A DNA stretch of 64,000 nt from Rhodanobacter sp. (GTDB taxonomy: Bacteria; Pseudomonadota; Gammaproteobacteria; Xanthomonadales; Rhodanobacteraceae), in the NCBI GenBank assembly GCA_022730295.1, contig DZCM01000001.1, forward strand, positions 1,168 through 65,167, read 5' to 3'. Numbering within the stretch: position 1 is the stretch's first letter; each line of letters opens with the position of its first letter. A program made the position numbers and the translations under genes. The notes below the pieces were generated by a model that was not told the DNA's origin, ran no database searches, and was given only the letters and a program-made list of their open reading frames with translations. Of this stretch, positions 1 to 11,389 are shown piece after piece.

Positions 1-32
1 GCACGCGGCCACGCGCCACCTACAATGCCGCG

Positions 33-2678
33 ATGGCCGCCCAGCACTTCCCGATCGCGCCGCTGTTGCCGGCCATCCGCACGAGTGTGTGCGAGCATCC
101 GCGACTGCTGCTGGAAGCTCCGCCGGGCGCGGGCAAGACCACCCAGGTGCCGCCGGCCTTGCTGGACGAGCCGTGGTTGGCGGGCCGCAAGATCGTGCTG
201 CTGGAGCCGCGCCGGATCGCGGCACGGGCGGCGGCGGAGTTCATGGCCGCGCAACGCGGCGAGGCGGCCGGACAAACGATCGGCTACCGGATTCGTTTCG
301 AGTCGCGGGTGACCGCGGCCACCCGCATCGAGGTCGTGACCGAAGGCGTGCTCACGCGGATGCTGCAGGACGACCCGGAGTTGCCGGATGTTGGCGCGAT
401 CATTTTCGATGAATTCCACGAACGCCACCTCGCCGGCGACCTCGGCGCGGCGCTGGCGCTGGATGTGCAGACGAGTTTGCGGCCGGACCTGCGCCTGATC
501 GTGATGTCGGCAACGCTGGACGACGCGCGGATCACGCCGTGGTTCGACGCGCCGGTGCTGCGCAGCGAAGGCCGCGCGTTTCCGGTACGGATCGAATACC
601 CGGCGGCGCGGCGTGACGAGCCGCTGGAAGCGCGCGTTTCGCGCGGCGTGCAACAGGCGCTCGCCGAGACCGCGGGCGACGTGCTGGTGTTTTTGCCGGG
701 GCGAGGCGAGATCGCGCGGGTGCAACGGATGTTGGATGGTTTGCACCCCTCCCCCCTCGGGAGAGGCGGCCGCAGACCGAGCGCGCAGCGCTGGGGTGAG
801 GGTACGAACCTTGCGCAAGGCACCGGACCCTCATCCGGCGCTACGCGCCACCTTCTCCCGGGGGGAGAAGGAAATCAGCAAACGCGCATCGAGGTGTTGC
901 CGTTGCACGGCGAGTTGTCACTTGCCGAACAACAGGCGGCGTTGTCCGCGCCAGACGCCGGCACGCGCCGGGTGATCCTGGCCACGAATGTCGCCGAATC
1001 ATCGATCACGGTGCCCGGCGTGTGCGCGGTGGTGGATGCCGGACTCGCGCGCGAGCCGCGTTTCGATCCCAACTCCGGTCTCACGCGGCTGGCCACCCTC
1101 CATATTTCACAAGCTTCGGCCGACCAGCGTGCCGGCCGCGCCGGCCGCGTCGCGCCCGGCGCCGCGTATCGGCTGTGGCCGCAGAGTCAACGGCTGGAAC
1201 CCGCGCGCACACCGGAAATCTCGCAAGTGGAATTGTCGGGCCTCGCCTTGGAACTGGCAGCGTGGGGCGTCGGTGTGGACGTCGCAACACTGCGCTGGCT
1301 CGATCCACCGCCCGCCGGGGCGCTGGCGCAGGCGCGCGAATTGTTGCAACGCCTCGGTGCGCTGGATGCCTCGCTACGGATCACACCGGCCGGCCGCGAG
1401 ATGCTGCGTCTTGGCACGAATCCGCGCCTCGCTGCAGCGGCTGTGCGCGCGCCCGATCCAGCGCGTGCGCTGCTTGCCGATCTGCTGGCGCTGCTGGATT
1501 CGCGCTCACCGCTGCGCGGGGGTTTCGATGACGACCTGCGCCGTCGCCTCGATGCCCTGCACCGCTTTCGCGATGGCGGTGCGCGGGTGGTGCGCGCTGC
1601 CGACACGGGCACCTTGGCGTCCATCGAGCAGGTGGCGCGCGGTTGGCGCAAACGTCTGGGCGTGCACCACGGTGCCAGCGGTACGCCGGACGCACTGGCC
1701 ATCGGCAACCTGTTGCTGCATGCGTTTCCCGATCGCGCCGCCAAACAGGACCCGAACAATCCGCGCCGCTACCAGCTTGCCAATGGCCGCGGCGCACGCT
1801 TGCACGACGAGTCCGCGTTGTTGGGCGAGCCGTGGCTGATCGTCATCGAGGCGCGCTTCGATGCGCGCGACAGCTTGGTCCTCGCCGCGGCGCCGTTCGC
1901 TGCGGCGCTGCTGGAACGCGACTTCCCGCAGCGCAGCGTGTGCGAGCGCGTGGTGCACCAGAACGCCAACGGCACGGTGGAAGTTTTTGAGGAACGCCGC
2001 TTCGATGCGCTGGTGCTGGAACGGCGTGTCGTGCCGGCCGGACCCGGCGATGCGCTGCCAGCGTTGCTGGCGACCATCCGTGCACGCGGTCTCGGCGTAT
2101 TGCCGTGGAGCGATGCAGCACAGCGCCTGCGCGCACGCATCGCCTGGTTGCGCAACGCCATGCCCGAGGCCGGCCTGCCTGAGGTTTCTGAAGCCACCTT
2201 GCTGGCAACGCTTGAATCCTGGCTTGCGCCCAGCCTGCACGGCAAGCGCAAGCTGGACGCGCTGTCTGCGGATGAATTGTCGCAAGCATTTGCGACGCTG
2301 CTCGACTATCGCCAACGCAAGTTGCTCGACGCACTGGCGCCCGAATCGATCGATGTGCCGAGTGGGCAATCCCACAAGCTCGAATACGCGATCACCAGCG
2401 ACGCTGGCGAGACGTCATCACCGGTGCTCGCGGTGAAACTGCAGGAACTGTTCGGCCTCGCCGCAACTCCGCGCATCGCCAACGGCCGCGTGCCGGTGAC
2501 GCTGCACCTGTTGTCGCCGGGCGGGCGGCCGATTCAGGTCACCCAGGATTTGCGCGGGTTTTGGGATCACACCTACGCCGAGGTGAAGAAGGAATTGAAG
2601 GGACGCTATCCCAAACACCCGTGGCCCGACGATCCGTGGTCCGCCACGCCGACGCATCGCGCCAAACCGCGCTTGTGA
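33..2678 (+). CDS. hrpB: ATP-dependent DEAH-box helicase HrpB, with an in-frame palindromic insertion at ~746-871
   Basis: Walker A GAGKTT, DEFHER, SAT, QRAGRAGR, and the typical C-terminus ELKGRYPKHPWPDDP. Confidence 0.96.
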   Translation: MAAQHFPIAPLLPAIRTSVCEHPRLLLEAPPGAGKTTQVPPALLDEPWLAGRKIVLLEPRRIAARAAAEFMAAQRGEAAGQTIGYRIRFESRVTAATRIEVVTEGVLTRMLQDDPELPDVGAIIFDEFHERHLAGDLGAALALDVQTSLRPDLRLIVMSATLDDARITPWFDAPVLRSEGRAFPVRIEYPAARRDEPLEARVSRGVQQALAETAGDVLVFLPGRGEIARVQRMLDGLHPSPLGRGGRRPSAQRWGEGTNLAQGTGPSSGATRHLLPGGEGNQQTRIEVLPLHGELSLAEQQAALSAPDAGTRRVILATNVAESSITVPGVCAVVDAGLAREPRFDPNSGLTRLATLHISQASADQRAGRAGRVAPGAAYRLWPQSQRLEPARTPEISQVELSGLALELAAWGVGVDVATLRWLDPPPAGALAQARELLQRLGALDASLRITPAGREMLRLGTNPRLAAAAVRAPDPARALLADLLALLDSRSPLRGGFDDDLRRRLDALHRFRDGGARVVRAADTGTLASIEQVARGWRKRLGVHHGASGTPDALAIGNLLLHAFPDRAAKQDPNNPRRYQLANGRGARLHDESALLGEPWLIVIEARFDARDSLVLAAAPFAAALLERDFPQRSVCERVVHQNANGTVEVFEERRFDALVLERRVVPAGPGDALPALLATIRARGLGVLPWSDAAQRLRARIAWLRNAMPEAGLPEVSEATLLATLESWLAPSLHGKRKLDALSADELSQAFATLLDYRQRKLLDALAPESIDVPSGQSHKLEYAITSDAGETSSPVLAVKLQELFGLAATPRIANGRVPVTLHLLSPGGRPIQVTQDLRGFWDHTYAEVKKELKGRYPKHPWPDDPWSATPTHRAKPRL
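746..871. repeat. Inverted REP-like doublet (REPIN-like) inserted in frame in hrpB
   Basis: Left arm cccctcccccctcgggagagg...ggtgagggt resembles the reverse complement of right arm accctcatccggcgctacgcgccaccttctcccggggggagaagg; 126 bp; related copy at 55929. Confidence 0.85.
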
Positions 2679-2733
2679 CGCCTTTCGGAATGCAAGGCCG
2701 CTCGATGGGAAAACGTCGGCCAGCGCCAAAGAC

Positions 2734-2839
2734 CATCCCCCTCATTCCCCCTTCGCAAGCGAAGGGGGAGGCAAAGCGACAGCAATTGTGTCACCCCCTT
2801 CCGGAGGAAGGGGGTCGCCGCGCAGCGGCGGGGGGATGC
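2734..2839. repeat. Palindromic REP-like doublet; second copy at 62294-62379
   Basis: Outer inverted repeat catccccc...gggggatg; internal hairpins cccccttcgc-aa-gcgaaggggg, cccccttcc-gga-ggaaggggg, cgccgc-gca-gcggcg. Confidence 0.85.
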
Positions 2840-4296
2840 TGCCACGACGCCGGCCCGACCGCGCCGCCACCCCATTTGCCGAACAGGCTGGGGTAGCGTT
2901 CGTTCACCGGCTTGCCGTCGGCGCCGAGCTTCGGCGAGCGCGCGAAGCTGCCGGCGAAGCCCGGAAATTCGACCGGGCTTTCCCAGCCGTCCTTGCTGAC
3001 CGCCGAGACGCCGAAGTAGTAATCATCGAGGATGATGTTTTTCAGCACCACCGAATCGGCATCGCCAGCTTTTTGCACGTGCTGCCATTGCGAGGCGGTG
3101 GTCTCACGCCACCACGCGTTGTAGCCGGCGGCAGCGGGCGACGCCTGCCATGACAGCGTGGTGTCGTAAGCGACCGCGCCCTGCACTGACAGCTGCGAAG
3201 GCGGTGGTGGCGCCATCGCCAGCGACGCCATGGTGACGGCATCCAGCCGCGTGACATTGGCGAGGTAATCGAAATCCACGCCCGCGATCACGTCGCCGTA
3301 GTGCACGCCGTTTTCGATGCGCACGTTCTGGTGCTGGCGAGCGTAGTCCTCGTTCGATTCCGACAGGCGCACCGCGGGAAAGCCCTGTTCGAGGAACGGC
3401 ACCTGGTCACCGGAACGACCCCAGCGGTCGGTGCGATACACCATGCGCACATGGAAGTTGTCGAGATACTGTTCGGCCAACGCCTGCATGTAGCGCGCGA
3501 GGTTGCGCGAGGGCGAATCCACGTCGCCGCCGTGGTAGCGGCGGTACGCGGCCTGCTGCAAAGTCTCGTTGGTTTTGGTGCCTTCCGAGAACACGCGAAT
3601 GGTGTGCGGATCGAACACGCCGTTGCCGCCATGGTCGTTGCCGACCATGTCGTTGTTGAGGTTGGCCTCGACGTTCCAGCCCTGGTCGACCGCGTACTGC
3701 GCGATGATCTTGCCGCCGAACAAGCCCTGCTCCTCGCCGGAATCGGCCGAGTACACCAGCGTCGCCGGGAACTTGTACTGCGACAGCACCCGTGCGGTTT
3801 CGATCACCGCGGCGACGCCGGCCGCGTCATCATTTGCACCCGGCGCATCGCCGGTCGCATCCATTACGTCGGTGCGGCGCGAATCGAGGTGCGCGGTGAT
3901 CACGATCACGCGGTTCGGATCGCTCGTGCCGCGCTGGATCGCGACCACATCCATCACCTCGGCGCCGGCCTTGGGCATGCGCTCGCCCGTAAATACCTGC
4001 GCCGGCTTCACGATTTCGAGGCAGCCATCGCAGCCTTTCGAAATGGTCTCGAATTGCGCCGCCACCCAACGCCGCGCCGCGCCGATACCGCGGGTCTTCG
4101 AGGTGGTCGTCGAGAGGGTATGGCGGGTGCCGAAGCCAACCAGCGCTACATCGGAGGCGTGCAGATTGGAAGCTTTTACCGCGCCCGCGATCGCGCGCAA
4201 TGGCGGATGGATGTTGACAGGGGGCGGCACAGCCAGTGCGGCAGTGGAATACAGCGCAGCGGCAAGCGCCGCAGACACGACAGGCTTACTCACCAT
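2791..4296 (-). CDS. Secreted M28-family metallopeptidase with C-terminal FN3-like domain
   Basis: Signal peptide; AHLDS, GANDDAAG, GEEQGL, RSGDQVPF motifs; start placed at MVSKP (ATG 4296). Confidence 0.85.
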   Translation of the reverse strand: MVSKPVVSAALAAALYSTAALAVPPPVNIHPPLRAIAGAVKASNLHASDVALVGFGTRHTLSTTTSKTRGIGAARRWVAAQFETISKGCDGCLEIVKPAQVFTGERMPKAGAEVMDVVAIQRGTSDPNRVIVITAHLDSRRTDVMDATGDAPGANDDAAGVAAVIETARVLSQYKFPATLVYSADSGEEQGLFGGKIIAQYAVDQGWNVEANLNNDMVGNDHGGNGVFDPHTIRVFSEGTKTNETLQQAAYRRYHGGDVDSPSRNLARYMQALAEQYLDNFHVRMVYRTDRWGRSGDQVPFLEQGFPAVRLSESNEDYARQHQNVRIENGVHYGDVIAGVDFDYLANVTRLDAVTMASLAMAPPPPSQLSVQGAVAYDTTLSWQASPAAAGYNAWWRETTASQWQHVQKAGDADSVVLKNIILDDYYFGVSAVSKDGWESPVEFPGFAGSFARSPKLGADGKPVNERYPSLFGKWGGGAVGPASWQHPPAAARRPPSSGRG

Positions 4297-4363
4297 GGTC
4301 AGGCCTCGCCGGCGTGGATTGCACAATATAGCCCCTTGCGGCAGATACCGCGCAGGGCAAAGG

Positions 4364-5932
4364 TCAGTGCCTTGCCAGGACGTCGGCCACACGCCATACC
4401 GCCAAGCGGCGGTCACCCGCAAGCAGGTACGGCCAGCTGCGAAACGGCGCGACGCCTTGCGGCGCAATATGGCTGTCACCCGCCAGCAGGAACCCTTCGG
4501 GATGCGCGCGGCACCACTCGGCAACATCGGCGTACGGCACCCACGGCACCGGCCGGTGCAGGCGCCCGCTGTAGCCGAACAGGCCGTTGTGCCAACCGAT
4601 GTAGGCAATTGCGACATGCCGATCCAGTGACTGCTTCACGAATGCGGCTTCGGGTTGCACGTTGAGCGCCGGCAGGTAGGCCAGCACAGCTGCCAGGATC
4701 GCGGTCGAGACCAGCGCGGTCGCCGACAGGGCAAGGCCGCGCGCGCTACGGCCCCAGCTCCGCCAGACGCCTGCCGCAACGACGCAGGCCACCAGCGCCA
4801 GCAATGCAAGCAGCGGCTGCGCGTGCCAGCCAAACTGGTGCGCCGCGAGCCATGGCAGCGCGGCGATCCCGGCCCCCGCCAGCAGCGCCAGCAGCGCAAA
4901 CCATCCCGGCCGCAGGAGCGCACCCGGTTGCCGCAGCAGCCACGCACCGGCCAGCGCCCACGCCGGCAGCAGGGGCAGCAGATAGTGCACCTGCTTGCCA
5001 CTGATCGCGCAGAATGCGATGAATGGGGGGACCCACCAGCACACCACGAAGCGACCCTGGCGGCCGCGCCACAGGCCGCGCCAGGCCGCGATCGGGGCGC
5101 GCACGCTCAGCAGCCACGGCACCAGCAGGATGGGCACCAGCGGCAAGTACCACCATACCGGCCGGCGGTGCGCGAAGCTTTCGGCAATGCGTCCCGTCAC
5201 CTTGGCGAGCAATGGGTGCCAATACGTTGGACCGGCATACGCCGCTGCGGGCAGCAACCAGCATGCCAGGGCCAACGCGCCGATCAGCAGGCCGGCCAAA
5301 ATGGCGAAATACCAGCGCGCTGCATGCGTGCGGGCAGTGTCGCTCCATAGCGGCGCCAGCAAAGCCACGCCCGCGATGGCGAGCAACATCACCGGACCCT
5401 TCGCCAGCAGCCCCAACCCGGTCATCACGCCCAGCCAGACTATGCCGCGCCACCACTTGCCGGCATCGAGATCCAGCAACGCGTGCAGCGCACCCAACAC
5501 CGTCAGCGACAACAGCAGGTCGAACATGATCGTGGTGCTGAAAATCGCGAAGCCAAGGCTTCCGGCGAGCAACCACATCGCCGTATCCGCGCCGCGCGCA
5601 TCCATGCCGAGGCGGGTGGCCAAGCGGCGCAGCGTCAGCAGCATGCCGAGCGCAATCGCCAGCGCCTCGACCCGCGCGACCCAGGTATGTACACCGAGAA
5701 TTTTCCAGCCCCCGGCGATCAACCAGAACAGCAGCGGCGACTTGTCCGAATACCACGCATGGTTGACGGTCGGCACCAACCACTGCCCGGAGTTGAACAT
5801 CTCCCACGCGGCCGTGAGGTAACGCGTCTCGTCGATCGGAATCGGCGGGACGAGGATCGCCAGTGGCAGCAGCAACGCACACCACACGGCCAGCCAGCGC
5901 CACGGGTGAGGGAAGTCATCGGACGCGCTCAT
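4364..5932 (-). CDS. ArnT/PMT-like GT-C membrane glycosyltransferase
   Basis: DETRY and YSDKSPL motifs, LAKGPV, KQVHYLLP, many TM segments. Confidence 0.85.
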   Translation of the reverse strand: MSASDDFPHPWRWLAVWCALLLPLAILVPPIPIDETRYLTAAWEMFNSGQWLVPTVNHAWYSDKSPLLFWLIAGGWKILGVHTWVARVEALAIALGMLLTLRRLATRLGMDARGADTAMWLLAGSLGFAIFSTTIMFDLLLSLTVLGALHALLDLDAGKWWRGIVWLGVMTGLGLLAKGPVMLLAIAGVALLAPLWSDTARTHAARWYFAILAGLLIGALALACWLLPAAAYAGPTYWHPLLAKVTGRIAESFAHRRPVWWYLPLVPILLVPWLLSVRAPIAAWRGLWRGRQGRFVVCWWVPPFIAFCAISGKQVHYLLPLLPAWALAGAWLLRQPGALLRPGWFALLALLAGAGIAALPWLAAHQFGWHAQPLLALLALVACVVAAGVWRSWGRSARGLALSATALVSTAILAAVLAYLPALNVQPEAAFVKQSLDRHVAIAYIGWHNGLFGYSGRLHRPVPWVPYADVAEWCRAHPEGFLLAGDSHIAPQGVAPFRSWPYLLAGDRRLAVWRVADVLARH

Positions 5933-6001
5933 GTGCGGCGCAGCATATCGGATAAAGCGCAAACATTTTGCCAGCACGTGCTCATGCGCGTCGACTCAAG
6001 A

Positions 6002-8098
<2,097 letters not shown>

Positions 8099-8272
8099 AG
8101 CCATCATTGAACCACGTTTGGGGTTTGCTGGCGAATTGGCGTTTTCGACCACAGGTGCGAAGCGGCGGTTGTGAAATTCAGGCCAAGGACGTCCGTTCGG
8201 TGTGACCGGAGTGGGAGACACCTGCCCTCGTCTGCCGCTTCAACGAGGCAGCGATCAGGGACGATCGCGCGA

Positions 8273-8908
8273 CTATCTGGGCGCGTAAGCCCTGAGGAAC
8301 ATGTCGACCGTCGCCTGCAGGTGCGCCTCCGCCTCCTCGGGACTCGGCTGGCCACAGCCGAACAACATCCGCGCATGCTGTTCGCCCTTCAGCAATGCGA
8401 AGAACTGACTGGCAGCACGACGGGTATCGGTGATCTGGAGTTGGCTTGCTGCCACTTCCTTGTCGAGCATGCGGGCGAGCGCCGCCTGCACCTGCAGCGG
8501 CCCCGCTTCCCAGAACAACTTGGCGAGCTTGGGCGATTGCTGCGAACTGGCCACCAAGGTGCGATGCATGCCCAGCGCGCTGTCGCTCATCATCAAGTCG
8601 AAGAACGCGCGCGCGACCAACATCAACTGGTCATGCGCCGGCGCCTTCACGTCCACTTCGAACAGCGGCCACGCCAACAAGTCGCCGCAGTTGCAGCGGA
8701 TCGTCTCGATGAACAGCGCTTCCTTGCTGCCGAAATGACTGTAAACGGTGAGCTTGGAGACACCCGCTTCGGCCGCGACCGCATCCATGCTGGTGCCCTC
8801 GAAGCCGTGCTGCGGGAACAACCGCTTGGCGGCCTCCAGGATGGCGGCGCGCTTTTCCAGATCCTTTGGCCGCCCTGGGCCAGAGCAGCGTTCCGGTGCA
8901 GCATTCAT
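8273..8908 (-). CDS. TetR/AcrR family transcriptional regulator
   Basis: GRPKD...GVSKLTVYSHFGSKEALF HTH; divergent from pcm-tolC. Confidence 0.95.
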   Translation of the reverse strand: MNAAPERCSGPGRPKDLEKRAAILEAAKRLFPQHGFEGTSMDAVAAEAGVSKLTVYSHFGSKEALFIETIRCNCGDLLAWPLFEVDVKAPAHDQLMLVARAFFDLMMSDSALGMHRTLVASSQQSPKLAKLFWEAGPLQVQAALARMLDKEVAASQLQITDTRRAASQFFALLKGEQHARMLFGCGQPSPEEAEAHLQATVDMFLRAYAPR

Positions 8909-8949
8909 AGGCCGTAATCAGGTTTATCGACGTCGGGGGCGACGCCGTT

Positions 8950-9030
8950 ATTATACGCGGCGGTACAGGTAGCTGGGCGTAGGCTGGATTTTGGCTGTCC
9001 GCGCTGTCCGAAAGGGTGTCCGCGGACACC
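8950..9030. promoter_or_regulatory. tetR -10 box and candidate TetR operators
   Basis: TATAAT on minus strand (8950-8955) overlapped by TATAC-N6-GTACA (8952-8967); perfect 16-bp palindrome ggtgtccgcggacacc (9015-9030). Confidence 0.45.
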
Positions 9031-9267
9031 AGTGGCATCCGGTTGCCACGTATATCTTTTTGAACGTACAGAATATTTTTGAAAATTCCGGTTGGCGCAC
9101 GCCTTGCATGGCCTGCTCGGTGAACAGGCATGACCCTCGTCATGAGCGCGCGGTGACTTCCGGCACTTCGACCAACCCCGGACAACCGGCAGTCTGCACG
9201 CACGCCGTTGCGTGCGCTGTCGCGACCGGTACTTCGCGAACTTGAAAGGCATTCAACGACAACCCGC

Positions 9268-9933
9268 ATGAACACGAATCCCGCACTCGAATTGGCCCAG
9301 CACAACATGGTGGAGAACCAGGTGCGCCCGTGGGAAGTCCTCGACGCCCGCGTGCTGGACGTACTCGCGACACTGCCGCGCGCGCACTTCGTTCCGGAAC
9401 CGTGGCAGGCGCTGGCCTACGCCGATGTTGCACTGCCAATCGGCGACGACCAGATCATGCTGAAGCCGGTGGTCGAAGGCCGCATCCTGCAGGCACTGCT
9501 GCCCAGGCACTTTGAGCACGTGCTTGAGATCGGTACCGGCACCGGTTACTTCGCCGCTTGCCTGGCACGCCTGGCTGCCCGCGTGACCAGCATCGACTGC
9601 CGTGCACAATTCGTCGCCGCTGCGACCGGGAAATTGCGCGATCTCGGCATCATCAACGTCGAGTGCCAGCACGCCGATGCGCTCGCCGGCTTTGCACCGA
9701 AGCAGCCCTTCGACGCCATCGCCGTGACCGGCGCGGTGCACACCCTGCCACCGCGGTTTGGCGAATGGTTGAAAGCCGGCGGGCGGATCTTCCTCATCCG
9801 CGGCCTGGAACCGGCGATGCAGGCCGTACTGCTGCAACAGGCGCCAGATGGCGGGTGGATCGAGGAGCGCCTGTTCGAGACCGACGCGCCTTACCTCACG
9901 GGCGCTGCGCCTGTGCCGCAATTTAAACTTTGA
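9268..9933 (+). CDS. pcm: Protein-L-isoaspartate O-methyltransferase family
   Basis: MVENQVRPW, VLEIGTGTGY, PFDAIAVTGA. Confidence 0.92.
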   Translation: MNTNPALELAQHNMVENQVRPWEVLDARVLDVLATLPRAHFVPEPWQALAYADVALPIGDDQIMLKPVVEGRILQALLPRHFEHVLEIGTGTGYFAACLARLAARVTSIDCRAQFVAAATGKLRDLGIINVECQHADALAGFAPKQPFDAIAVTGAVHTLPPRFGEWLKAGGRIFLIRGLEPAMQAVLLQQAPDGGWIEERLFETDAPYLTGAAPVPQFKL

Positions 9934-9988
9934 CCACGACGGCGCGTCGCAACTTTCGCGCCGCGTTCGTCCACCCAGGAAATCCAGC

Positions 9989-11389
9989 ATGAGCTTGCGT
10001 CCCGCTTCCCGCCGCCTCGCCGTCCGTGCCTGCGCCCTTGCCGTCGTTGCGGCGTTGGGCCTGACCGGCGTAACCACCGCCCACGCCGAGGACCTGATGG
10101 CTGTCTACCGTCAAGCCGTGCAGGCCGATCCAATAGTGAAACAGGCCGAGGCACAAAATCGCATCGGCCACGAAGGCATGGTGCAATCGCGCGCGGTGCT
10201 GTTGCCGCAGATCGGTGGCAGTGTGTCGTACGGCTACAGCCACGGCACGCACGTCGATTCGACGATCCAGACTCCCAATGGGCCGGTGCTCGACAACAAC
10301 TTCAACTACACCGGCGGCAGCTCCCGCACCGAATCGGTCGGCCTCCAGCAGGTACTGTTCGACCTCGGCAAGTTCGCGCAGCTGAAGGCCAGCAAGGCCA
10401 ATGCCGCCAGCAGCCAGGCTCAGTACACGGCGGCGGAACAGGATCTGATCCTGCGCGTGGCACAGGCGTATTTCACCGTGTTGACCGACGAGCAGAATGT
10501 AACGTTTGCGCAAGCCAACGAGAAGGCGCTCCAGAAACAGCTTGACCAGGCCCAGGCGAAGTATCACGTCGGCTTTGCACCGATTACCGACGTGGTGGAC
10601 GCCAAGGCGCAGCACGAGACCGCGGTGGCGCAAGTGATCACGGCAGAAAACGCCGTGTTCAACGATCGCCAGGCGTTGGCCCAGATCACCGGTGCGCCGG
10701 TCAAGTCACTCGACCCGCTGTCCGACACGTTGCCGATGCAGGCACCACAGCCCGACAACATGGAAAGCTGGGTGCAGGTCGCGCTGGCCAGCAACCCCTC
10801 GCTGCAGGCACAACGCGACCTCGTGCAGTCTGCGCAAAGCAACGTGACCGTCGCGCGCGCCGGGCATCTGCCGACGCTGAATGCCTCCGTCAGTTACGCT
10901 CGCAACCCCGCCTGGGGCGGCGCGGGACTGCCGTCCAACGTGCGCGCCAACAGCCGCGACCAAGGCACCACCGTGGGGATCGTCCTGGATGTGCCGCTGT
11001 TCTCCGGTGGCGCCACCCAATCCGGCGTGCGCGAAGCCATCGCCCGCCGCGACCAAGCCCACGACGTGCTGGAACAGGATCGCCGCACTGTCATCAGCAA
11101 CACCCGCAGCGCTTTCAACGCGATCAAGGCCGGCATCAGCTCGGTAAAGGCCCAGAAGGCCGCTGTCGAATCGGCCAAGATTGCGCTCGATGGGACCGAA
11201 GCCGGCTACAAGATCGGTACCCAGACGATCGTGAACCTGCTGATCGCACAGGAGAACTATTTCCAGGCACAAAGTGCCTATTCGCAGGCGCGGCACGCAC
11301 TGGTGGTCAACCAGTTGAACCTGAAGTTCGCCGCCGGCACCTTGTCGGTGCAGGATCTCGCAGCGGTCAACGCGTTGCTGCAGAAATAG
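9989..11389 (+). CDS. tolC: TolC-family outer membrane channel
   Basis: Signal peptide ending AHA-EDL, two outer-membrane efflux repeats, GHLPTL, VPLFSGG. Confidence 0.93.
   Translation: MSLRPASRRLAVRACALAVVAALGLTGVTTAHAEDLMAVYRQAVQADPIVKQAEAQNRIGHEGMVQSRAVLLPQIGGSVSYGYSHGTHVDSTIQTPNGPVLDNNFNYTGGSSRTESVGLQQVLFDLGKFAQLKASKANAASSQAQYTAAEQDLILRVAQAYFTVLTDEQNVTFAQANEKALQKQLDQAQAKYHVGFAPITDVVDAKAQHETAVAQVITAENAVFNDRQALAQITGAPVKSLDPLSDTLPMQAPQPDNMESWVQVALASNPSLQAQRDLVQSAQSNVTVARAGHLPTLNASVSYARNPAWGGAGLPSNVRANSRDQGTTVGIVLDVPLFSGGATQSGVREAIARRDQAHDVLEQDRRTVISNTRSAFNAIKAGISSVKAQKAAVESAKIALDGTEAGYKIGTQTIVNLLIAQENYFQAQSAYSQARHALVVNQLNLKFAAGTLSVQDLAAVNALLQK

Noticed and set aside
11367..11389. 23-bp convergent overlap of tolC and waaA
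   Set aside because: Short 3' overlaps are common in compact GC-rich genomes; nothing else supports a function
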